Source: Tubiluchus corallicola
Taxonomy: Eukaryota > Animalia > Priapulida
DNA length: 64,000 nucleotides
Assembly: GCA_030141605.1 (NCBI GenBank)
Contig: JAQGDQ010002368.1
Span: forward strand, 932,408 to 996,407
Reading direction: 5' to 3'
How positions within the stretch are numbered: the stretch's first letter is position 1; each line of letters opens with the position of its first letter. The position numbers and the translations under genes are program-made. Positions 41,901-54,291 of the stretch are shown here, piece after piece. A model generated the notes under the pieces. The model made no database searches, was not told the origin of the DNA, and worked only from the letters and a program-made list of their open reading frames with translations.

Positions 41901-42795
41901 TACTTGCAATTCCGTGCATATGGCTTCTCAGATTTGAAATCCACTGGTTTGTAATAATTGAGAGAACAATGTTGAATATTATTATATATTATTGAATTTG
42001 CTGCTTTTAGTTGTTTCTAATCAAACCGGCAGTAATATTTTTCATGTAACTGAATAAGTGAAATTAATTACTTAGGTGTGATGGTTGAAAGTAACGATTA
42101 AACATATGCGTCACGACTTCACCAATTAAAAGAAATGGCAATAAGACCTCAAACGTATTCAACAACAGCACACTGACCGTAGGATCGCCATTTTAAAGGA
42201 AGCTTTTCAATCCAAAGCCATTTAACTGTCAGTGAGCTGCATAAGAATTAATCGGAATTTACTCGCGTCATTGCTCTTAATCGTTAATAAATTCCGTTAT
42301 TGTGTATAAGAGAACGATTTTTCGGGCTTGGGTTTTCAGTGTTTCTTCAGTTTTTATACGTACGCTGGACTGCACATGCAAAAAACTCTCCAGGAAATGA
42401 AAAATGTAGACGCAATTAGTATGTGCTGTTTAAGCAAATTACACAAACATTAAACACTCTTTGAATACCCTGTAATGCTTTATTCATTAATCTGTCTTCC
42501 TTTCACTAAATGGTTAATCTGTCTTCCTCACACTAAATGAGCATGATAGTAATAGAGTATCAGAAAAACAATTTTCCTGGGTTTGTGGTCGTTTGGCCAG
42601 CAATATCCTAACTGAGAAGTAAAAACAACTTTGCCAGCTTATTAATACAAGCTGTAGAAGTAATTGTTTTATGTAATTAACTAACCTTACCAAAATCCTA
42701 TAGTTTTTTTTATAATTCCACTGCACTTTGTTTTTTTTTGTATATGTATTCTGTAGCTTCACACATCTCTGCTAAATTTACTCTAATAATAATTA

Positions 42796-43020
42796 GTTTA
42801 GTTTAGTTTAGTTGAGTTGAGTTGAGTTGAGTTGAGTTGAGTTGAGTTGAGTTGAGTTGAGTTGAGTTGAGTTGAGTTGCGTTGCGTTGCGTTGCGTTGC
42901 GTTGCGTTGCGTTGCGTTGCGTTGCGTTGCGTTGCGTTGCGTTGCGTTGAGTTGAGTTGAGTTGAGTTGAGTTGAGTTGAGTTGAGTTGAGTTTAGTTTA
43001 GTTTAGTTTAGTTTAGTTTA
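42796..43020 (+). repeat. Compound pentamer microsatellite (GTTTA)3(GTTGA)13(GTTGC)14(GTTGA)9(GTTTA)6
   Basis: Read directly: 45 in-register 5-bp units. Confidence 0.95.
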
Positions 43021-45612
43021 TGTGGTATATGACCAACAAGGCCAGCCAAAATACGTTTTACAGAAACCACATCAGTTTGCGTGCACATTCAAGAGTAAAC
43101 AGCACATTGCATCATTACATCAGATGACTGCATAATATTGGATAACTTCTTTTCGTTACTAAGCGTTATATAACTTAGATATAGTTCACTTATATAATTA
43201 TTTCAAACGTTACGTGCTACTGCGTGTTTTGAACAATGAAATAAAAATATTTGTCTTCTACAACGTTACAGGTTTCACAAAGACGATTCCTAAACTGCGT
43301 CCGCTAGGTTCTAAGTTTATGATTTTATGTCTTTAATATTTTTATCATTTAATAAGGAAGATTCGAATACAAACTCGGACTTGTTGATAAAAGTGCAATT
43401 TAGACATATTTGTTAGAGATTGTCGTCAGGTTATTCAAAAGTTAGCTTTAACTCATCCTTCAGCAAGACAGACAGTATTAGAATAAAGCGCTATTGAGTC
43501 AGCATTTAGCAGTTGATCCAAATTTATCCTATTTAACATCAATTTCGACGACCTGTACCAAAGAACATTTAAAGTTTTGCTAAAGTGGTATCTTGGTTGC
43601 ATAGTCGTGTTTGTGGAAAAGAAATACCCGAAGCCAATATTTAACAACTCTACAAGAAATATCTAAATTTATCTGATATCTTCCTAATGCTCCAACCATG
43701 GCTGGAGTAGGAGTTGTCAGCACCTAAAATTGCTTTATAATATTTAAGAAAAGGGTTTCAAGAACAGCAAAATATTTCATACCACAGATTTCACATCCAT
43801 AACATAGGATGGGTTTGGCATATATGTTAAAGAAAGGTATTTGCAAAGTTGGCTTCAAAATACCCAAATGTTTTTGATTTACTCAGTAAAGAAAATACTA
43901 CTTCGTTGCCTTGCGAGGCAGGATAATTTACAGATTCATTAAATTAATCATTTGGATTAAAATATACGCCAATGCATTCGTGCTCGACATATTGTTTTAT
44001 TAATGTGCCGTAGCAAAAGAAATCCTGTTGGTGATTCAACAAAAGTACTCTTTTCAAATATTAAAATTTCAATCTCACTGGATTTGACAGTTTAGACTCC
44101 ATTTTCTACAATGGCTGTTCAGTAGCTTTAACTGATGTAGCAAACCCTTCTTAGTTACAATAATTAAAACGAGATCATCTGTAAACATGTCATTAATTAG
44201 TATTATGCCATCAGAATCTTGTACATTTTTTATAGACACTCATCTAAATCAATAAAATACAATAAAAACAGCATGAGTGACAGAGTACAGCATTAAAGTA
44301 CACCAAATTCAACCAAAAAATACTCAATTAAACCAGGATCAGCTAACACAACTTCGTGTATGTGTAAATGCAGCTGAGCAGCATGCAATTTCCTTGATAT
44401 TGGCCTTTTTCTTAAACAGTTTTGTCGTTGTTTTCTTTTGTAATAAAAATAGCTAACTGGACATCTCTATTATCTGTATTTAATTGAAATTTACGCATAC
44501 TTTATTTTTTAATTTTCTTTTTGGGACTGTACGTTCATAATCGAGCAATTTTTTAAAAAATTTTTGCATTATGCCCGGATTGGAAAATTTTCTGCTGTAC
44601 TTATTTAATACCAGCTGCTACAGCTGGAAAAATAATTTCTTATACGCCAGATACAGTACTTAAGGTGCTATACTTACTACCTGATTTTATATTTGACAAT
44701 TTTGGATTGGCGTTGTTTCATTGCTTGGAAAATATGTTTTAATAATTATTGGCCAGAGGGTTGAAGTCGGGCTTGAGCATTGTCCCACACAATTGTTTTA
44801 TCCAACGGACACATATTTTTTCTGCTCCTCATATTACATCTCTTGTGCTTGTGTATTTTCATTTTTTCAGCAAACATAAACAGAAACATAAAAGAGAAAA
44901 ATCTACATGCATATCAATAAAATTTTGGTACAGAATGTTGAAGACAATAACATACAGTTAATTGCTGAACAGCCTGTCGGCTGACGATAAATAAATCTCC
45001 CGGTATTTTCACTATTGCCAATTCTACCCTTTAAAATGCTAAATCTTGCTTCACAGGTGCAAAATTCCATAAGTTGCATGACAAAGCTCAGCAAGTTGCC
45101 GGCCTTGTGTATTAGTAATTTTATCCTCGTTAAACCTATCCGGGAACAAATTTACGTCATACAAATGAAAATGAGGATATGGAATTGTGGTGAAGTTTTG
45201 CTCACTAGCAGTTTCTTCATCTAAAATGAAATCATTCGAATTTGCTGTTTGTTTAGTTATTGAAATCACCACTGATGACATCATTAGGTAACTGCAATAC
45301 AGTAGATCTGGTGTAGGATTTACTACTTAGAATTTATGCAAATTAAGCAAAATATAACATTTTTAGGTAATTCAGACGAGTTGAATTTGAACCTCGCAAT
45401 GTTTGGATGCGTGGTTTTGACAATTTCATAGATTGAACTTAAACCAGAACAATGAAGCAATTCAAATCCACCTGCAATTCTTTACTTTTCACGTTCTGAA
45501 CCAAAAACATTTGTATCATAACCCGATTTGTTAAACGACGCACCGTCTGATAATCAAGTTTCTACTAAGCCAACGAAGTCAGGCTTACATATTAGTCCGT
45601 GGGACAAAAACC
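43021..45612 (-). mobile_element. Decayed non-LTR retrotransposon (endonuclease and RT remnants, RTEX-like)
   Basis: Minus-strand remnants: EN KPDFVGLVET*L..GY (about 45590-45520), RFNEDKITNTQGRQLAELC and ILKGRIGNSENTGRFIY..GCSAIN (45150-44950); RT GVL*CCTLS.MLFLLY.IDL...MFTDDLVL..GLLHQLKLL..HC.KWSL (44305-44090); YGCEIW near 43800. Many stops and deletions. Confidence 0.8.
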
Positions 45613-46973
45613 ATGGTCTTGTAACAAGGTCTGTTATTGGGTACCCTTTATACCGTTATCTTGGTTGGTGTCCACTGCTGCCTGTCCCGACTTTCAACAG
45701 TTAAAGTTAAACTAGTTAAAGTTTCGATCCAAGTTCAATCAAAACACCTCTATAAAGTGACGTGCATTAAGATCCATTGCTCTAAGTTAGTTTATTCCTA
45801 CTATGATTGTGTCCACACTATTTTTGTTCTAGCTTCTAACTTAACTTATTACAAATCACTTCCTACTCTTCCATGTTTTTCACATGCAGTGCAGAGTCTT
45901 GAATCAATCCAATCACTGAGATTTTCAAACGCCATTTTTCTCGAAAAATTCTTGCTACAAAATCTCTGCAGCGGTCTGTCGTTTGTCATTAATAATGCCT
46001 CGTCACATTGAAAATGTTATTACAGGCCCTTATTAATGTCGCCATTCTCTTTTCACTGGAGCGTCTGCGTGTTTGCATAATGTCAGCAAACGAACTGAAC
46101 GTGTTTTTCAAGGTGTGCTTCATTGTGTTTGATTTTTAAGCATTAAATATTACACAAATAGTTTTCTAATAACTGAGAAAATCAAAATTGTTAAACACGT
46201 TTACATTCAGGGAATATAGCCGTTACAATACAGTAAACAGTATGGCGAACCTTATGATTGCAAAGACTTATTTTGTGATTTTTTTTGTATAATATGGAGG
46301 TAACAAAAAATACTACTTTTGTTCACCTTAGATGCAACTGAATTGGATCACTTGGTCCATTTATTAACTTTACTAGAACGAATCTTTTCTGAAGTAAAAT
46401 TATTAGTCATTAGTAAATATAGCTTATTCATACAGAAAAGTAAAAATTTTTTGCAATAACAGTATTCCTTGGGACAAAAGTCAATTTGTGCTGTTTGCCT
46501 GTTCATCAACCATTTGTTTTCCTTAGAAGACGATGGTCTTGTAACAAGGTCTGTTATTGAGTACCCTTTATACCGTTATCTTGGTTGGTGTCCACTGCTG
46601 CCTGTCCCGACTTTCAACAGTTAAAGTTAAACTAGTTAAAGTTTCGATCCAAGTTCAATCAAAACACCTCTATAAAGTGACGTGCATTAAGATCCATTGC
46701 TCTAAGTTAGTTTATTCCTACTATGATTGTGTCCACACTATTTTTGTTCTAGCTTCTAACTTAACTTATTACATATCACTTCCTACTCTTCCATGTTTTT
46801 CACATGCAGTGCAGAGTCTTGAATCAATCCAATCACTGAGATTTTCAAACGCTATTTTTCTCGAAAAATACTTGCTACAAAATCTCTGCAGCGGTCTGTC
46901 GTTTGTCATTAATAATGCCTCGTCACATTGAAAATGTTATTATAGGCCCTTATTAATGTCGCCATTCTCTTTT
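45613..46973. repeat. Recent 441-bp direct duplication (45613-46053 and 46533-46973)
   Basis: Near-identical copies 920 bp apart, about 5 substitutions by eye. Also visible as the twin 124-aa ORFs in the ORF track. Confidence 0.95.
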
Positions 46974-46981
46974 ACGTACGC

Positions 46982-47661
46982 TGTTACGACGCAGTAGCCC
47001 CCCCTGCCTAGATTGCATTTGACCGATTATTTTATATGCAATTTGACATTGCATGTCGGTATCTAGATTTCTACGGCAGTTCCTGCGTAAAGTGGATAAC
47101 TGGAACCTAGCACACTGTCAAGGGTAGTCCTCTAAGATGGGGGCACTGGACCGGCATTCTGGGAGGTCACCCATCTACTTGCTGTCAGTGTCTGTCACAC
47201 TCGGATTGTGCTTCACACATGCTGACGAGTCAATCATTCTCCGTGCCACACAAAATTTCCATTTCACAACACACGCTAAGCATGAAAGATCTATTCTCGA
47301 ATATGGTCGCTTCCCAGTGTGCAAAAATGTCTTACGTTTACCGAACATTCGCTAATATGTTAATATTAACCGAGACATCAATTGACATAACTTTGGGGCA
47401 TCTTTATTGACTGTGCCGTTGCTGTCTACTTCAATGCATTACTGTTTAAATCCACTCTGCTGTTGTGTCTCTCTGGGGGGACATCTTGCATGACTGATCA
47501 TCTGCATGGCAATTCATCATATCTTCATGTCGGCTTGACATTGGGATGTACATAGATAAGAATATTTGCCGTCTTATTTGTGGTCGCCGCAAGTTAAGTA
47601 GAGGCGGCACTGTTTTATTTGGAATCCGTAAGGTAACGCAATATTGGCTTCCCACGCAACA
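46982..47661. mobile_element. Possible solo LTR (~680 bp)
   Basis: GC-richer block bounded by TGTTACG...CGCAACA (TG...CA, inverted termini with 1 mismatch). No clear TSD. Confidence 0.35.
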
Positions 47662-47662
47662 G

Positions 47663-47750
<88 letters not shown>
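47663..47750 (+). repeat. (CT)n-(AT)n microsatellite
   Basis: Read directly; it produces the spurious YIYIYI ORFs. Confidence 0.95.
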
Positions 47751-47754
<4 letters not shown>

Positions 47755-50700
47755 CGTACGTAAAAGAGAATGGCGACATATATATATATAAACTTGGGAC
47801 AAACCCACAAAGCATAATTCTTGCTGTTATTAATCTATAAGTTACTTTCACAATTTGTATTGAAAAGCATAAGATGTTGTGTCCTTCCGTTGGCAGAACG
47901 GTATATTACGCGACCACTCGCGCTGAGCTTTGTCTGTTCTTGCTGTTTGACACCTCAGCATTGTCTATAGTTGACGTAATGGGCATATGATGATGTCCTC
48001 ACTGCGAGCAATCTCGCATCATCAACTTCAGCAACAAGAAATTGTCAAAATTGTGCATTCGTTCAGTATTTGACAGCGTCGGTGTTTCGGCACTCGCTAT
48101 TTTTTAACTAAATGACGATTATACAAATCGGGGTAAACGCGCACCATTATTTATATGATGTTAATTTATCAAAGCGTTAACAAATTATATCATCTAAAAA
48201 TGTCTGACTTTAAATGAAATGCACTGTATGTTTGCCATTCTTCGCTCATCCTATATAATAAATAACATTTTGAATTTTCATGCAACACTTCGTGTTTGGG
48301 GAGAATTGCATCATTGCAGTACAGATTTAAACGTATGGGTTTTGCTTACTTTTGCACTGTACGAATACCGAATCCGATTCAAATGCGAAATGCATTTGAC
48401 TTACATTGTATGTTTTTCATGCAAAATTTGCCTTGTCGTTGAGTATACAGTAGAACACAATGTATAGCGTTGCCGTAAGAAAAGGTAAATTTCTTATTTA
48501 AGTAGCAAAACTGTAGCAAGCGTGGGCTGTGTGATTTTGGATAACAAATTTCTAAACTTCAAGCTTGACTAAGGAACCCAGTTATTACACGTAAAGCCCT
48601 GGTTCCTTTACTCTAAAATCAGAATAGATAGATTCGTTTTTCTCATTTTAAAGCTCATTCTACCTCCCTTCTCTCTTCCTGTCTATAAAATGTGCTTGAA
48701 TCACCTGGGCTGCATTTCGTAATATTACTGTGAGCTTGCTGTGAAAATTATCGCGCAAATTGCAACATTAATCAATAAGAAGCATCTCCGATCATATAAT
48801 TATGCTCATGGTAATGAATAAATTGGATTCGCGGCACCATTTAACGCATGATTATGAAAACACCGCTGCTTTTTCTGGACAAATTTCGCTTCTGAGTTTT
48901 TCAGATAAGACATTTTCTTGGTAACAGTGTCATTTGTCCGTTTTCAAAAAGTGTGACAAAAACGTGACGAGTCTGCCCACCTATACGTATAGGAAAGAAT
49001 TATTGTAATTGTCTAATTTACTTTTACTATAATTTCAATAAGTATGTTTTGATCTGCCGTAGACCTAAATTAAATGGCAGTTCGTGTTTTCGTGAATAAT
49101 TATATTAGAACTAGAGAAACATTTCATGTTATTGCAATTATCCATGTGAATGATTAATTAATCTAACGGAAGGAGGAGAATTTAGGCTAACTTTTTTACT
49201 CACATTCATAATACATATTTTGCAAAATACAAATATATGTACACACTAGTCACAGTGTAGTGCTAGTGTTGTAATGTAGTTCTATAACGCATTACTAGCA
49301 TTGTACAGTATGCTGCAGAATGAGCCTTTTCACAATTCCAACGATTGATGATGATCGTGAAAAGGTCAAAGGTTAAGTGTACCAGACAACGCATTTGTGT
49401 ACACTTGACAATGCCTCGCAACCCCATGCTGTTGTAAAAGTAATTAAGAAAAGGGACGAATGCTAGCTATAGAACCTTATCTAGTTCATTTTTACTTCAC
49501 GGGCAGACTAATGCATAATTAAGTAAAGTCCACTTGCTTTCCCCACATGTCACGTGACGGCTACAGACCTATAGCAACTGCGCGTGCGCACAACGAAACT
49601 GCGAAAAGGCTTATTATGCAATACAATGTAGTATTACGTACAGTGGCTGTTATAGTTCACTAACGCATTCGGCATTACTAGTCAGTTGTATTACATTGTA
49701 TAGTATGTTATTGCATTAAACAGGATAATGTGGCACTACTGTTATAATATATTTCAGTAACGCATTACTAGGCTATTACATTATGCAGTATGCAACTGAA
49801 TCATCTAGTTTAATATATACTACAATAATTGTTACAGTTCAGTAACGCGTTACCAGCCTATTGCATTATATTCTTTGGTTTCACGTGCGCTGAAACAACA
49901 TGTTATAAATACGTTCTCGGCGTTTCTCTTTTCCTTACGTACGCCATCACTTCCCGTTGCATTTTAAGACTGACAAATTGATTTATCATTTTATTGCTTT
50001 ATTGTGTTACTGAATTACTGAATAATGCATTACTCTCGCTGCTAGGTCTATAAGTTCGTGAAGCCATTTAATTAATACTCACCACAGTGTAATTATTTTC
50101 ATTTTGTTGACAGAATAATTAATTTCTATGCGGTTGCTATCCAGTTCTCCAAGAAGACTATTACTTTATTGTATTTTCAATGTCAGTTCATCTGAGTGGC
50201 TGGTGCTATTTTTCGTAATAGTATGCATACTTGTACATAAATATGACTTTTGTAATTTTAAGCTTACAACAGTGTTGCGGGCCTTACAGATGTACGAACC
50301 GTGAGGTCACACCAGGCCCGCAGCTTTAAGTGAAATAAATAAATCAAAAGAAAAGATTTTTATTGCTTATATGTACCTGCAATCATTGCATTAGCCGCTT
50401 ATGTTTATTTTTTATGTTTAAGTCTTCTATGTTTTAGTGTCCGCATATTTGTTTTTTTGTATACTTATAAACATTGTGTATTGCTGAACATTTTAACTGA
50501 AATTCCTAAGGCCTCTTATGATATAGTGTAAGTATTTGACAATGATAACAAGATAATAAGCAGTGATAGTAAAGGCTAGCTGGCCAGCTTAATTTTTATG
50601 CATTTACTAACATAAGAATAAATTGTCTCCTAAAATAAAAATGCTGTAGTTGAAAGTTTCAATACTAGGAATACGTGCATGTTAGGGGCTGGTGTGATTT

Positions 50701-52309
50701 TAAAAATATATGGTTGGTCATTTTTTCGGAAAGCCTGGAAGAAATAAATTACATCAGTTTACAGTTTTCGAAATTAGCTAAGTTAGTTCATTAAATTCCG
50801 CCCTCCAGTAACACAAGTTAAATTGACCATTAAAAAAGTTATCAAGTGACAGCTGTGTCAGAGTCCTAGTAACGTAGTGGCCCTCCGAAGTCACCTTGAT
50901 ACACCTCTTGTCTTCGTATTTCCCCCAACTGTTTCCATTTCAAATACAGGGCTTAAATTGAGAGTACGATAAAAAGGTTTCGGGTGAGGATTGCCAAAGA
51001 TTCCTGTAACAAGTGATTCCTTTAACTTAATGGCTTAGTTTAACATCTAGCAATACACAACGTTTTTCATTTCATTTAGAGGGGTTAAACTGAAAGTACG
51101 ATAAAAAAAAGTTTTCGAGTGAGGATTGTAAGACAAGTGATTTCTTTAACATAATCGGTTCCCGCTGAGGTCACCTTGATACACTTCGTCTCTTCGAATT
51201 TTCCCTAAATTTTCTGCCGAGCCTGATTAAATTTACAGGGCAAACCTCTTTCCAAATTAAGCTCCACACTCACGCACGTAGTTCACATCTGCCATTTCTC
51301 ACAACGCACGCGGAATTAGCAAGCGTGCATGGAAAAGTGATGTCACCTCTTAAGCAATTAATAATTAAATGAATAAGCTTGAATTTCCCTCACGGGATTC
51401 TTAAAAGTGCTTACTCACTTACTTATCATTTGTAAGAGATAAGCTTCGCTGCAACTGTTTGCGCTGCGTTTGCATCTCGTGCATGTTACATTCGAGAATA
51501 TTGTTGCTTCATACTGCTTTGTTGATTAGTTGGCTTCTTAAATTGGCAAATTGACATTGACATTACTTTGGGTGGTACCTACTGCTGCTAATAATGGTTC
51601 ACAAATTTTACGTAGCTTTTTTCACGTAAAATTGGACGTGTAGGCCAAAAATTCATTATTTTTCGTATAACGAGGTCGCCCTTGCGCGTGTAACGTGAAT
51701 TGCATAATTCCAAAGTGAAAAGCATATCGGGATAAAGTCAAATTAAAATAATATACATATATTTGTCGAATTATTGTTGCTATCTGGAAAAGTTTCAGAT
51801 ATATTATCTTACATAACGTGTATTGTCTGTAGATTAATTGAAATGTTTTTAAGATTTTGTTTTAACATTACTGTAACCCGTATTTTCAAAAGTTTTAGTC
51901 TAAATTACACCTTCATTGTTGTTTAACTTACTTAAACTGTATTGATATAGCAAATATTGTTTTAATTTACATTCTGAAGATGCCAAACGATTGCCGAAAT
52001 TTTGAAGATATAAATTCCGATTGTATCAATGAATGTAATTATATGTAATTAGTCAACATTTTCTACTTTGAACGAACTCACGTACAGGCAAAGAACTCTT
52101 TTCTTGTCAAAAATGGATATAACTGGATTTGATAGTCACTCTTCATATATAGTTAACTGCAGCTTGGGCAGCATGTGCGATAAAATTGAATTTTCGGCAA
52201 GAATTAGCGTATAATTGGTTTAGCAATGGTTTCAGTAAAAGGTGAAGCCGTAATAAGACTAATGGCTTCAGTTGCAGCTGCCATTACAGCAGTCACTGCT
52301 CAAATTCAT

Positions 52310-52505
52310 GGCAGTGTCTTCAAGCATTGTCCATAGTAAAGTCAAATTCACGACGGTTGTGTGCTTCAAGCACTGTCCACAGTAGATTCATATTCACAAA
52401 TAACAAAGGTTGTGTGCTTCAAGCACTGTTCACGGTAAAGTCATATTCACAAATCACAATGATTGTGTGCTTCAAGCATTGTCCACAGCAGAGTCAAATT
52501 CACAT
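52310..52505 (+). repeat. Degenerate ~45-52-bp tandem repeat, about 4 copies
   Basis: Core gtgtgcttcaagca(c/t)tgt(c/t)cac..aaattcac recurs four times. Confidence 0.75.
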
Positions 52506-52598
52506 TGCTGTGAAAAACGGTGGTCTAGGAAACCTTACACTTTTACTGAGCATTTCGCTGTTTGTTGCAATGAAAAAGTCAGATTTATTGTCACTGAG

Positions 52599-52599
<1 letters not shown>

Positions 52600-52660
<61 letters not shown>
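52600..52660 (+). repeat. (GAT)~20 microsatellite
   Basis: Read directly. Confidence 0.95.
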
Positions 52661-54291
52661 CCGCAGTTGTTATACTGCTATTGCCACTGCCTTTGCCCCC
52701 TACTACTGCTATTGCTCTCACTGTTACTGTTGGTACACCTCTGCTGGACTGGCAGTCCTGCTGTTTTGAGTCTTAGTGTTTGGTCCTCGTGTGTAATGAC
52801 CTGAATTTCTATTAGAAAAAATGTAGAAGCAAGCATGTTGTAGTAAAATTAACAGAGCTTAAGAAATCAAGAAATTTGCCAGTCATCCAAGAGCTTTCCT
52901 AAAAGACTCCCGTATGTCTAACAGGCAAAAGCAGTACTGTACCACACCTGATTAGGCCAATCATAAAATGCAAGGCTCTCAAATCAGAAATTGTAACAAA
53001 CTTTATGCTTATTGGCAACAAAAATAAATTTCAGTCTTCACCCATTTTTTTCAAACACAATTCATTTCAATATAAGTCATAATTAGATCAGCATTCATCG
53101 CAAAAGTGATCTCCTTTACTATATCAGCTAGTCGTATGTATGGTATGAACGTATTGTGAATTGGCTTCGTTGGCTCTATGCGACAAATCAAATATAGGAA
53201 TATACACTCAAGAGTATTTACTGAGCAAATATTAAGCATGGGCTGTATAACTGATCTCAATAATTGCTTTTGTCGTAAGGTTGTCAATTATCTCGGAAAA
53301 GAAAATGTTAACCAATATCACTGAAAAAGTGATCTGAAGAGATATAGGTTTCGGTTTACACTTATTGTCCTAAAATGGTCGTTGCAGGCTGAGCCTAACT
53401 GTAGGCAAATTTATACGATAGACGAATAGTTAAACCTAAGTAATTTATGAAAATGTAAAACATAATCAGTAACTTCTAAAAAAAATTCACGTCTTATGAA
53501 TACCGCAAAATGTCTTTTCACCACTACCCAATACTAGCAGATATTACAAGCGAAGCTTACTATAGTGACATCATTATGTAAATACAAAATACACACCGCA
53601 TTTTTTTAAGTAAAAAATTACTGAAAACGTCATTATCACTGCTTATTGCAACACGCATATGATCATACGGCGACATAAATTCCCGACATAGTTATAATTT
53701 TTATAAATATATTTCAGCAAGATAGAAATGTCATCTCGATTGCACAGAAGCTAAATTTTGACTTCAACACCTTGTAATCTGTACTTTGCAGTCTGTGTAG
53801 GGCATTGTGATTATTCGAGGTATGAAGCCGTGTCTACATTCCTGTTTCCGGTGACCTCGGGAAAAAGAGTTGAAAATAATAAGATAGCAACGCGTGACTG
53901 ACTGTCCCTTAAGCACAGCTCCAATTTAAGATATTCTGTTTGCTTAGAAGAAACCCTAGCTTTACTTACTGTCGCTATTGTAATATATCTATGATCAAAC
54001 ACAAAGCAGCTCAGCGTTTGACCACAGTTAGACATAACACAGTTCTAATCTGACACGTAGTTAGACATTAGTGTTCATGCTAAATCAAGCATACATAGAA
54101 TATACATGCCATATAGCATAATTTTACTTATTTGTTTGAAGTTTTACTTCAGCACTTTAGTATATTGGAAAGTTTATGTACATTCAATAATAATAATTGC
54201 TTCTGTTTTTGTGTGCATAATAAGTTTTGTAACATTGTATTATATTAATCATGATATTACGATGTTTATTCATTTTTTTAAATTTCTGCAG

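Noticed and set aside
45637-46931. Twin 124-aa ORFs as duplicated genes
   Set aside because: Non-ATG starts and no recognisable motifs; they simply lie in the 441-bp duplicated block.
47546-47851. YIYIYI-repeat ORFs
   Set aside because: Translation of the (TA)n microsatellite.
52327-52804. Poly-Asp, poly-Met and poly-Ser ORFs; poly-Asp as the missing acidic ACL4 tail
   Set aside because: All derive from the (GAT)n microsatellite. No ACL4-like helix or convincing in-frame acceptor precedes it.
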